The notes under the pieces are model-generated. The model was not told where the DNA came from. It worked only from the letters and a program-made list of their open reading frames with translations, and searched no databases. A stretch of DNA of 64,000 nt from a virus: the IMG/VR virus record IMGVR_UViG_3300045988_134537; one strand, given 5' to 3'. A program made the position numbers and the translations under genes. Below are positions 1 through 7,203 of this stretch, one piece after another (positions within the stretch are counted from its first letter, which is position 1; each line of letters opens with the position of its first letter).

Positions 1-403
1 GAGAGAGATATGAGAAAGAGGTTTATGTGATGAGGGATATGAAAGATGTTTATGTAATGTGGGAGAGATATGAGAAAGAGGTTTATGTGATGAGGGATAT
101 GAAAGATGTTTATGTGATGGGAGAGAGATATGAGAAAGAGGTTTATGTGATGGGAGATATGAAAGATGTTTATGTGATGAGGGATATGAAAGATGTTTAT
201 GTAATGTGGGAGAGATATGAGAAAGAGGTTTATGTGATGAGGGATATGAAAGATGTTTATGTGATGAGGGAGAGATATGAGAAAGAGGTTTATGTGATGG
301 GAGAGAGATATGAGAAAGAGGTTTATGTGATGGGAGATATGAAAGATGTTTATGTGATGGGAGAGAGATATGAGAAAGAGGTTTATGTGATGGGAGAGAG
401 GGG
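1..403. repeat. Tandem array of alternating 33-nt (GAGAGATATGAGAAAGAGGTTTATGTGATGG-like) and 27-nt (GATATGAAAGATGTTTATGTGATGG-like) units, at least 13 copies, cut by the window start
   Basis: Direct reading; both units share the core GATATGA-AGA-GTTTATGT-ATG; track ORF 27..527 is the periodic translation of this array. Confidence 0.9.
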
Positions 404-545
404 GTACCTATCACGAACCTCCCGCCCCCGAAACGCGTTTTCTCCCCCACACCCCCTTCGCTGGAAAACCGGAAACGCGTTTTCACCTCAAACATATAAA
501 CTCGCTGATTATCAACAGTTTATTTAAATTATTGATAATCAATGT
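404..545. promoter_or_regulatory. GC-rich block with duplicated palindrome GAAACGCGTTTTC (two copies about 41 bp apart) followed by inverted TGATTATCA / TGATAATCA motifs; origin-like or packaging-site-like region
   Basis: Perfect 10-bp palindrome AAACGCGTTT twice; TGATTATCA (about 511) and its reverse complement TGATAATCA (about 533, again about 645) in AT-rich context. Confidence 0.4.
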
Positions 546-878
546 ATTATTATAACATATTGATTATAAGCCACTTAAATAAGAATATATCCTACATATT
601 AATGTACGCGTGTAATACCGCTCTTGTGTTTTTTGTAACTTACTGATAATCAGATAATAGAATCGAAATTAATACAAGTTAACAAAAAAAATATAGCATA
701 TATATATGTAATATTGATAAATGTCGTATATTTGCGTCGTGATCGAGAGAGATTACGAGTTAACATAGTGAATCTATATAGTGTACCCGTTGGGTGAATT
801 ATATATGTATCTGTAATTGCCTGCGTTGTGGGTCATTAAATTGAATATCATTTGTTTAACAATTAAAATATATTGGAT

Positions 879-1418
879 ATGATTACGAAAAAAAATGTAA
901 ACAAACTACAGAATGCTGTTATCAAAGAAAATGCTGCAAATTTGGTAGGTGCCGTAAAGTTATACAACGCTTTATTTGCTAATGGAGCTGATCTTAAGTC
1001 TATTTGCAAGGCCTTGGAAATACCGGCAGAATACGCCGTAAAGGTTGCAGCCCTCGCCAAGGATAAAAAACGCTTGGTAGCTGTGTGTAGCCAAATGTTA
1101 CCGAAAGTTGACGATACATTTGTTAAATTTGCTTTATACTCTAAAGTGTATAAGGATACCAATGCAGACAAAGAGAAAGGCGTTGAGGCTAAAACGGCTG
1201 ATTGGTGCGCTGAGAATGTGGTTTACGGTAGCGAATATAAATCATTTGGTTTTACTACTGCCGAATCATTGGAGACCAAAAAAAGCACTAAATGGTTGAT
1301 AAAAGAAAACGGCGAGTATAAAGCTACTTATGTGGCTGTTAAGATCAAATCTTATTCTATTCGCACTGTGGCAAAGTGTGTAAGTGAATACCTCGCACAT
1401 GAAAGCAACCAGCAGTAA
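879..1418 (+). CDS. hypothetical protein (track ORF 873..1418 begins at TTG; first ATG at 879)
   Basis: Long ORF with protein-like composition; no recognised domain. Confidence 0.55.
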   Translation: MITKKNVNKLQNAVIKENAANLVGAVKLYNALFANGADLKSICKALEIPAEYAVKVAALAKDKKRLVAVCSQMLPKVDDTFVKFALYSKVYKDTNADKEKGVEAKTADWCAENVVYGSEYKSFGFTTAESLETKKSTKWLIKENGEYKATYVAVKIKSYSIRTVAKCVSEYLAHESNQQ

Positions 1419-1599
1419 CAAGGCACGGAGAGCGCCGTTAAGCTCTCCAAAGGTTTGACGCGTACCGTTAAACGCGCTTGTACGCCGTTGTCAGTGGGTG
1501 CACGTCCCGCGTATGCTTTAGACTGAAGCTGACAAAACAGAGAGTTATTTTACATATTGGAGATAGATATACCTTTGCCCTTGCCGTTGGCAATTAAAG

Positions 1600-1810
1600 G
1601 GCTGGTATTACTGCATGTACTACATTGGATAAATGTAGTTATGTTAGGTATGTTAGTACAGTTTGGAAAACATACCGTTGTACGCGGTTTATCTCCAGAC
1701 CGAAACGTGCCTTACTTGCCTGCACGTAAAATAGGACAAGGCTGTAGATTAAATTACAGGGTATAAACATGTAGCCTAACATGTAGGAACATGTTGTATC
1801 AAAACGCAAG
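1600..1810. promoter_or_regulatory. Cluster of ACATGT/TACATG-type palindromic half-sites (AACATGT three times at about 12-bp spacing, ACTACATT/AATGTAGT inverted repeat); candidate operator array
   Basis: Direct reading of repeated short palindromes in a non-coding stretch. Confidence 0.3.
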
Positions 1811-1870
1811 GACACAATCGCCTTTATTTGTGGCTAAGTTGTGTAGCAGACGGAAAATATAATAACAACA

Positions 1871-1969
1871 TAGTACGGGCCTGTACACAAGAACTACGTA
1901 CTAATTACGGGCTGTTGGTTGTAGCATAAAATCTCTATAGGATAGGAATGCGCGTCCGGTTCGATTCCG
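1871..1969 (+). ncRNA. Composite element copy 0: hairpin (7-bp stem TAGTACG/CGTACTA, 19-nt loop) followed by a tRNA-like T-arm (TCCGG-TTCGATT-CCGGA) and a partial acceptor-like pairing; not a canonical tRNA
   Basis: Canonical GGTTCGATTCC T-arm motif; element sits 30-35 nt upstream of gene start 2003; too short and lacks a D/anticodon cloverleaf. Confidence 0.4.
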
Positions 1970-2002
1970 GAGCAACCTCTAAATTATAAATAATATAATA
2001 GC

Positions 2003-2173
2003 ATGGAAAAGAAAGCAATGATCAACGCTTTAATTGAAGCGTTCAATAAATCTAAAAACAGTTGCGTAAAAATAACATTGCGTAACTATATCGAGACGGT
2101 GAAAGCACTAAGCGAAAGTGAGTACAAAGAGGCGGAAGGTTTCTATATTGAAGCACTTAACCGCTGGGGTTAA
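2003..2173 (+). CDS. small hypothetical protein, 56 aa (MEKKAMINALIEAFNKSKNSCVKITLRNYIETVKALSESEYKEAEGFYIEALNRWG), below the ORF-track size cutoff
   Basis: ATG-initiated ORF translated by hand; directly downstream of element copy 0 and abutting gene 2196..2402. Confidence 0.4.
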   Translation: MEKKAMINALIEAFNKSKNSCVKITLRNYIETVKALSESEYKEAEGFYIEALNRWG

Positions 2174-2195
2174 TTATAATTAAAGCATAAAGAAA

Positions 2196-2402
2196 ATGGA
2201 AAGGAAATTTAAATCTCACATGGTAGATGTCCGCGGTCTGTCCAGGAAAGAAGCCAAAGAAAAGCGGAAAAGAGTATATCGTGAATTTATGTTGTATCGT
2301 GATCTCAAAGAAGCGTATCATGCCGATACGGGAAAGGACAAATGCAAACGCAAAGTCCATACATCACGAACATACGTGAAGGAAAACATAAACAGTATTT
2401 AA
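2196..2402 (+). CDS. small basic hypothetical protein (68 aa, Lys/Arg-rich)
   Basis: Track ORF; followed by a strong hairpin + T-run. Confidence 0.5.
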   Translation: MERKFKSHMVDVRGLSRKEAKEKRKRVYREFMLYRDLKEAYHADTGKDKCKRKVHTSRTYVKENINSI

Positions 2403-2408
2403 ACAGGA

Positions 2409-2450
2409 GTAGGGTTGTTCCGAATATCGGAGCAGCCCTATTTTTGTATC
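2409..2450 (+). terminator. Rho-independent-type terminator: 8-bp stem TAGGGTTG/CAGCCCTA with inner TCCG/CGGA stem, followed by TTTTTG; flanked by alternative pairings GAGTAGG/CCTACTC and ATCCTAC/GTAGGAT
   Basis: Direct reading of inverted repeats and the downstream T-run. Confidence 0.5.
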
Positions 2451-2506
2451 CTACTCTTTCTATTTACGGGTAGGATATTCTGAGAGTGAACGGCGGATGT
2501 GAGCTA

Positions 2507-2603
2507 TATTGGTCTAAAACGAAACTAAAATATGATAGTTTGGATATAATGCCGGTATTTTGTCTATATCATGTCGTTAAAATTGGTCTAAAACGAAACT
2601 GTA
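2507..2603. repeat. Two copies of the 19-bp direct repeat ATTGGTCTAAAACGAAACT separated by about 55 bp; the second is followed by a GGCGG...CCGCC hairpin + T-run
   Basis: Direct reading; only two copies, repeat too short for CRISPR. Confidence 0.6.
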
Positions 2604-2929
2604 GGCGGTTTTCTGACCCAAAATATGGTGCCGGATGCCGCCTTTTTCGTCTCTATGGATTGAAAATTAGGCTTATTGTACTTTTCTTAAAAATAAGGTA
2701 TGATTGATTATCAATTAGTTAGGTTTTATAATACCCGTATTTTCGGACATACTTATTGTAAATTTTTTATTTTATGTGGTGGTTTTTATTAGTAGCTGAC
2801 CTGTATTTTTTATCGGTTGGAGTAAGGTCTATGTTAGAGTACGGACCAGATCAGTATAATATTGTGATGGTTTTTTGCTTTTCGTTTTTGGCTTTGATTA
2901 TAGGTCTGAATATCTATCTTGATAGGAGG

Positions 2930-3125
2930 AGCAGGCGGTAGGGCGTGGGCTGAAGTCTCTCTATTCTCTCTATGGAATGATATTATCTCTAAACACCCCA
3001 CACTCCATGCCAGAGTATAAGCTTGTAGCGCTCTCCGTATGCCGGTAGTGAGGCCGAGAGCGCAGTTTCTATGCGGAAAGCCGGAGGATTAGCGGGAGTT
3101 GGAGAGGGGGAGAGGGAGGGCACTC
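2930..3125. other. GC-rich structured segment inside the AT-rich 1-kb non-coding region: 8-bp inverted repeat GCGCTCTC/GAGAGCGC (about 3028-3063), CT-rich tract (about 2957-2982) complementary to GA-rich tract GGAGAGGGGGAGAGGGAGGG (about 3101-3120); candidate structured ncRNA or regulatory element
   Basis: Local GC content far above surroundings; long-range complementary tracts; no ORF. Confidence 0.3.
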
Positions 3126-3350
3126 TCTTCCAACAAGATTAAGACTTACAGCGTTTTAAAACAGTATTCTGTAGGTTTTCCAACAAAATAAAGTATGATA
3201 GCGTTTTAAAACAGTATTCTGTAGGTTTTCCAACAAAATAAAGTATGATAGCGTTTTAAAACAGTATTCTGTAGGTTTTCCAACAAAATTCAACAGATCA
3301 GTGCTTTAAAACGGCATAATGTGAGTTTATTCTACAAAATTCAATAGGTT
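3125..3350. repeat. 50-bp tandem repeat (AGCGTTTTAAAACAGTATTCTGTAGGTTTTCCAACAAAATAAAGTATGAT): 3 perfect copies plus flanking degenerate copies; each unit contains the palindrome GTTTTAAAAC
   Basis: Direct reading; period exactly 50 bp (GCGTTTTAAAAC at about 3151, 3201, 3251). Confidence 0.85.
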
Positions 3351-3418
3351 GAGAGTTGAAAACTATATTCTATAGATTAGTAGTAATCGGAATGTATAAC
3401 AATTAAAACATAAACAAC

Positions 3419-3679
3419 ATGAACGTATATGACTTTGCGCCTGACTTAGATTTGAGTAAGGAGGAAGAAGGTTCTATTTTTGGGGTAAAAGGAATAGAAG
3501 ACGGTGATGGTATAGTATATGCTAAGGTAGTTAGCTGTGAAGAAGTTAAGGATTACAGTTGTGAGGGGTGTATTTTTTATGATTGTTATAAGGATAAATG
3601 TTTATTATCGCGTAGTGATAGTTGTATAGATGGAGATTGGATTTGTAGGTACGAACAGGCTGCCATAGAGGGGGAGTAG
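3419..3679 (+). CDS. hypothetical Cys-rich acidic protein (86 aa)
   Basis: Track ORF, ATG start. Confidence 0.5.
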   Translation: MNVYDFAPDLDLSKEEEGSIFGVKGIEDGDGIVYAKVVSCEEVKDYSCEGCIFYDCYKDKCLLSRSDSCIDGDWICRYEQAAIEGE

Positions 3680-3787
3680 GCGGCGCCTTGGGCTAAGGCC
3701 TGCGGTTGTAGGTGGAGCGTAGGCCAGGGCAGAGCCGGAACAGTTTATTGTGGAACGTGAAAAGAACAGATAAAAAAAGGAGGAGAT

Positions 3788-3868
3788 ATGAAAAAGATAT
3801 TTAAGACATTCTCTATTATGTTTGTCATAGAAATAGTGTTGATAGCTATTTTAGATGCTATGGCGTAA
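3788..3868 (+). CDS. possible 26-aa hydrophobic peptide (MKKIFKTFSIMFVIEIVLIAILDAMA) preceded by AAAGGAGGAG
   Basis: Hand-translated; strong SD-like purine tract; very short. Confidence 0.25.
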   Translation: MKKIFKTFSIMFVIEIVLIAILDAMA

Positions 3869-3912
3869 GTGAGGAAGATTTTCTTCATTAATTTTCTTAT
3901 GCTTTAGACAGA

Positions 3913-3993
3913 ATGCTCCCGTCTGCGAAGATCGGAGTATTTGCTTTATGGGATTCATGGTGCAGTAGGTCGGTTCGATTCCGGCGATCTCAC
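3913..3993 (+). ncRNA. Composite element copy I: hairpin (stem ATGCTCC/GGAGTAT, loop CGTCTGCGAAGATC) + tRNA-like minihelix (TGGGATT acceptor-like strand, T-arm GTCGG-TTCGATT-CCGGC, GATCTCA, then C)
   Basis: 7/7 acceptor-like pairing including wobbles; canonical T-arm; 3' tail ATCTCACA-A-rich shared with copy II; 30 nt upstream of gene 4023. Confidence 0.45.
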
Positions 3994-4022
3994 ACAACAT
4001 TAAAAACAAAGGAGGAAAGAAA

Positions 4023-4364
4023 ATGAAAGATGGTATTACATTACATCCAGAACACGGATTGAATCCGTCTATAGAAGTCTGCATGATATGTGGCGAAGAG
4101 ATGGGCATTGCTTTATTAGGAAATAATATCAAAGGTCAGGCGCCGCATCATATATGCACGGGCGGAGTATGTGACGATTGCAAAAAGATAATAGATGATG
4201 GTGGTTGTTTTATTATCGAGGTTGAAGATGGATCAGATCAAAAGAATCCGTATCGTACAGGAAGATATTGTGCGATAAAGAAAGAGGCGGCAAAGAAGAT
4301 ATTTGGACAGGAGCATAATATTGTGTACATGGAAAAGTCTGCATACAGTCAAATAATACCATAA
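4023..4364 (+). CDS. hypothetical Cys-rich (zinc-ribbon-like) protein, 113 aa
   Basis: Track ORF; AAAGGAGGAAAG upstream; multiple CxxC pairs. Confidence 0.6.
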   Translation: MKDGITLHPEHGLNPSIEVCMICGEEMGIALLGNNIKGQAPHHICTGGVCDDCKKIIDDGGCFIIEVEDGSDQKNPYRTGRYCAIKKEAAKKIFGQEHNIVYMEKSAYSQIIP

Positions 4365-4378
4365 AAATAAAGAAGGAT

Positions 4379-4693
4379 ATGTTTACAAAAGAAGAGCGAT
4401 TATTCATATGGAAAAAGGTATATGAGATGATTGATAGGTTAGAGGATGGGGAATACATATGTGTTGCGTTAAGAAATGTAGTGTTTATGTATTTCAAAAC
4501 ACATAAAAATATCTATGAGTTTCGTTCAGACGAAATGGTGAGAATATATTTCCCGGAATTGGAGGAGAAGATAAGTATGGCCACAGAACCAGAGGAGACA
4601 AGAACGTTTTATGGGTGGTTTGGTTGTCTTAGTCCAGAAACGAAGGAGGTAAGGCTGAATATTGTGAAAGATATTATAAAAGAATTAGAATAG
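4379..4693 (+). CDS. hypothetical protein (104 aa)
   Basis: Track ORF, ATG. Confidence 0.55.
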   Translation: MFTKEERLFIWKKVYEMIDRLEDGEYICVALRNVVFMYFKTHKNIYEFRSDEMVRIYFPELEEKISMATEPEETRTFYGWFGCLSPETKEVRLNIVKDIIKELE

Positions 4694-4739
4694 TATTTTT
4701 GTTAATCTATTTTATTCATCAAATTAAGTTTTGGGTTTT

Positions 4740-4847
4740 GGCATGTCGGTTCGTGAGGATAGGCATGCCTATTTCTGCATCATAGAGGGGATGACGCGGC
4801 GTGCCGGTGCGTATGTGCCGGTCCTGGTTCGATTCTGGGCATCTCAC
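4740..4847 (+). ncRNA. Composite element copy II: hairpin (stem GGCATG/CATGCC, loop TCGGTTCGTGAGGATAGG) + D-armless tRNA-like structure (GGGGATG acceptor-like strand, GCCGG/CCGGT hairpin, T-arm CCTGG-TTCGATT-CTGGG, CATCTCA, then C)
   Basis: 6/7 acceptor-like pairing; canonical T-arm; same 3' tail as copy I; 22 nt upstream of gene 4869. Confidence 0.45.
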
Positions 4848-4868
4848 AAACAATAAAACAAAAAAGTT

Positions 4869-5078
4869 ATGAGAATATATAAGAATGATATTATAAAGGC
4901 GTCAGCAATAAGCACCGGAGCCGACAGAGGCGTGTTGCTGTGTTCAATAACAGATTCAGGCTTTACGTCTATAGCGGGCGTAATATCGGCTGTTAAGGAT
5001 AGGTTACCAAACGAAGATCACAAGAAGATGGTTTTTGAAATCTTGAATGATACGAAAAAAAGAGTACGGAAGATATAA
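4869..5078 (+). CDS. hypothetical protein (69 aa)
   Basis: Track ORF. Confidence 0.45.
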   Translation: MRIYKNDIIKASAISTGADRGVLLCSITDSGFTSIAGVISAVKDRLPNEDHKKMVFEILNDTKKRVRKI

Positions 5079-5160
5079 TAATTGCGGAACAAAAGTATTG
5101 TAATAAAGAGTAGAAAACAATATGTTTATGTAATATTAGTTTTTTCATTTTTATTGAAAG

Positions 5161-5195
5161 GAGCGCCGGCCTGTGAAGGTATGCGCTCTTTGTAT
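5161..5195 (+). terminator. Hairpin GAGCGC / GCGCTC with 16-nt loop CGGCCTGTGAAGGTAT followed by a T-rich tract; member of the conserved-loop hairpin family
   Basis: Direct reading. Confidence 0.5.
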
Positions 5196-5222
5196 TTGTA
5201 TAATACATAAAACAATAATAAG

Positions 5223-5477
5223 ATGACAGATAATAACATAGATGTGAATATCGTACCTGTAAAGAATGGTATGAAACGTGTTGTGGTATCATATTACCAT
5301 TATTCACGCAAGGACAAAAATCACATGAGTTCCCAAACGGATTACGTTTGGGAAACAAAGAATGAAGAAATGTTTAAATACTTTGAGGCCAGGAGGACAA
5401 AAGTATTTTATAGTCAGATTCGTGCCATGTGTAGATTCTATGGCAAGAAAAATGTACGTAAATACAAAAAGTTATGA
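5223..5477 (+). CDS. hypothetical protein (84 aa)
   Basis: Track ORF. Confidence 0.5.
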   Translation: MTDNNIDVNIVPVKNGMKRVVVSYYHYSRKDKNHMSSQTDYVWETKNEEMFKYFEARRTKVFYSQIRAMCRFYGKKNVRKYKKL

Positions 5478-6241
5478 TATTAAAAACGACAACCAACGAG
5501 TTTTGTTTCATTAACGTAAGTTTCTACGAAACAATAGCAGATCCTCGTCATTTCTTTGAACAGGATTATGAAGAGATGCCAGAATATGAGGAGGAATCGG
5601 ATTTTGATTTTGATTCTTATTACAATAAGTTTATTCCTTTTGTACAGGAATGGGCGAATGAGGTAAGTGAACGCCTTTACGGATATGGCGTGAATAACAT
5701 AAAGGTAACATCGGTCGGATATCCGAAAGAATATAATTATGGTACTGATTGGATGAACGTAGAGGTAGAGTTTTGTGATGAATGGAGGCAAAAGATGTTA
5801 TCTAACATTAGTAAGATTGTCAATGATGATAAATGCAAGAAGTATGCGGAGACTAATTACCGGTCGGTATCAGGATACATCTTTTTAGGGCCTGAAGATT
5901 TAAAGGAATTTGAAAAGGAAATAATAGAAAGAAAGTCGGATTTCGGATATGATGTAACAATATTATTAAATATGTATCTAACTTTGGCTTTTGTAAAAGA
6001 ATTTGGATTTAAAGCCGGAGAAGCATGGAGTGAAATAACAGAATATGCTTACGGATGTTTATCGTATTCCGATTTTGCAACAACAGAGATGCTTATACCG
6101 GAAGGTTCGGAGCATTTATTCAAAGACATTTACACGGCAAAGGCCGACGAATTATATCATCATGTCCTGGATAAATTCGGATGGGCGTGGCGTGATCCGA
6201 AATATAAGTCAGAAACAGAATTATGCGCGATGCTAAAGTGA
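5474..6241 (+). CDS. hypothetical protein with acidic N-terminal segment (255 aa)
   Basis: Track ORF; 4-nt overlap with upstream gene. Confidence 0.6.
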   Translation: MILKTTTNEFCFINVSFYETIADPRHFFEQDYEEMPEYEEESDFDFDSYYNKFIPFVQEWANEVSERLYGYGVNNIKVTSVGYPKEYNYGTDWMNVEVEFCDEWRQKMLSNISKIVNDDKCKKYAETNYRSVSGYIFLGPEDLKEFEKEIIERKSDFGYDVTILLNMYLTLAFVKEFGFKAGEAWSEITEYAYGCLSYSDFATTEMLIPEGSEHLFKDIYTAKADELYHHVLDKFGWAWRDPKYKSETELCAMLK

Positions 6242-6346
6242 GCAAAAGAAAAAGGCTTGACCATTGAAGAGTTAAGTATTTAATTGTTAAACATAAGGCA
6301 GTAGTGGTGCGTGAGTATAGGTGCTGCCGTTAAAATATTTTATAAG

Positions 6347-6595
6347 ATGAAAAAAGAAGAGATTCAAACTATTTTATACACAATCAAAGAAGGAGACAGT
6401 ATTAAAATCAAAGTACAAGACAAAAGTGAAGAGATAAGACTGCGGGATCATGTAAGAAGAGTACAGAAATACGGATACAGGTTTTGTTTGTCTCATTTAC
6501 ATGATGGAATTTTCTATCTGGAGAAGTTGAAAGAAGGGGATAAGGATAAATACTATAGAGTAATAAACAGAGGAAATGGAAAGACCGGAGTATAA
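6347..6595 (+). CDS. hypothetical protein (track 6311..6595 begins at GTG; first ATG at 6347)
   Basis: Track ORF. Confidence 0.45.
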   Translation: MKKEEIQTILYTIKEGDSIKIKVQDKSEEIRLRDHVRRVQKYGYRFCLSHLHDGIFYLEKLKEGDKDKYYRVINRGNGKTGV

Positions 6596-6869
6596 TAAGC
6601 TACGCAAAATGGCTAAGACTACTCCAGGTCTGATAGTGGACGAGGTGCAAAACATGATGCGTGTATCGCTGTATGATAATGGGGAACTTAAGAAGGTGGT
6701 AGTAGTAATGAAATGCGATTCTTTTTTACAGTCAAAAAGTAACATAGAAAAGATAATGTTATTATCATCTTCTATAGAAGATAGAAAAAACAAAGAAAAA
6801 AATAAAACAAAATCAGAAAATGAACAGAATAACAAAAATAAGAGAAGAAATAGGAGGAAAACAGGTTGA
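6576..6869 (+). CDS. hypothetical protein with Lys/Asn-rich low-complexity tail; overlaps both neighbours
   Basis: Track ORF; tail comes from an A-rich tract and may be non-genic. Confidence 0.3.
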   Translation: MERPEYNKLRKMAKTTPGLIVDEVQNMMRVSLYDNGELKKVVVVMKCDSFLQSKSNIEKIMLLSSSIEDRKNKEKNKTKSENEQNNKNKRRNRRKTG

Positions 6870-7203
6870 TTTGACCTTTTACGGGCGCTTTTGCAGCCTT
6901 ATCGAAGGTGATAGGAAGATAATACTAAGGGCAATAAAAAACGGTCGTAAGAAGGGCGTAATTGGGGCCATTCAGCCTGGGAGACATGATAGAATTTGGA
7001 CCACATGGTCTGTCGCTTTTGATGATCTGAAGGTAGGGGATACGGTAGAGTTCAGTACATCTGGAAAATACAATCCCGGATTTCATGCTACGGAAAAGTA
7101 TGTAGGGTGTGTAGAATGGATAAAAGGATCGGAATGTGCGATAAAAACCGGTAAGGGAATAGCAGTAGTATTAATTAAACACGTAGAAAGGATAGTAAAA
7201 TGA
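6820..7203 (+). CDS. hypothetical protein (127 aa)
   Basis: Track ORF. Confidence 0.5.
   Translation: MNRITKIREEIGGKQVDLTFYGRFCSLIEGDRKIILRAIKNGRKKGVIGAIQPGRHDRIWTTWSVAFDDLKVGDTVEFSTSGKYNPGFHATEKYVGCVEWIKGSECAIKTGKGIAVVLIKHVERIVK

Noticed and set aside
1-403. CRISPR array in the 27/33-nt repeats
   Set aside because: Units are contiguous with no spacers.
27-527. 166-aa ORF as a real repeat protein
   Set aside because: It is the periodic translation of the 27/33-nt tandem array (unit lengths divisible by 3 keep one frame open). The Met/Tyr/Val-rich peptide with 2-3 ATG per unit looks non-genic; kept only as an alternative in the findings.
1557-1766. 69-aa ORF in the first non-coding region (and 2486..2707, 1108..1299, 863..1171)
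   Set aside because: They lie in palindrome or hairpin-rich DNA or overlap a better gene. Hydrophobic or Cys/Arg-rich random-looking products.
2507-2603. Mini-CRISPR from two 19-bp direct repeats
   Set aside because: Only two copies, repeat too short, no cas context.
3125-3350. CRISPR array
   Set aside because: The whole 50-bp unit is identical between copies (no unique spacers). A simple tandem repeat.
1871-4847. Canonical tRNA genes at the three GGTTCGATTCC sites
   Set aside because: Manual folding gives only an acceptor-like stem + T-arm (45-61 nt). The D arm and/or anticodon arm cannot be placed, so I report them as tRNA-like elements, not tRNAs.
5474-6241. ArdA-like antirestriction protein (acidic N-terminus)
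   Set aside because: No alignable similarity to ArdA beyond acidity.
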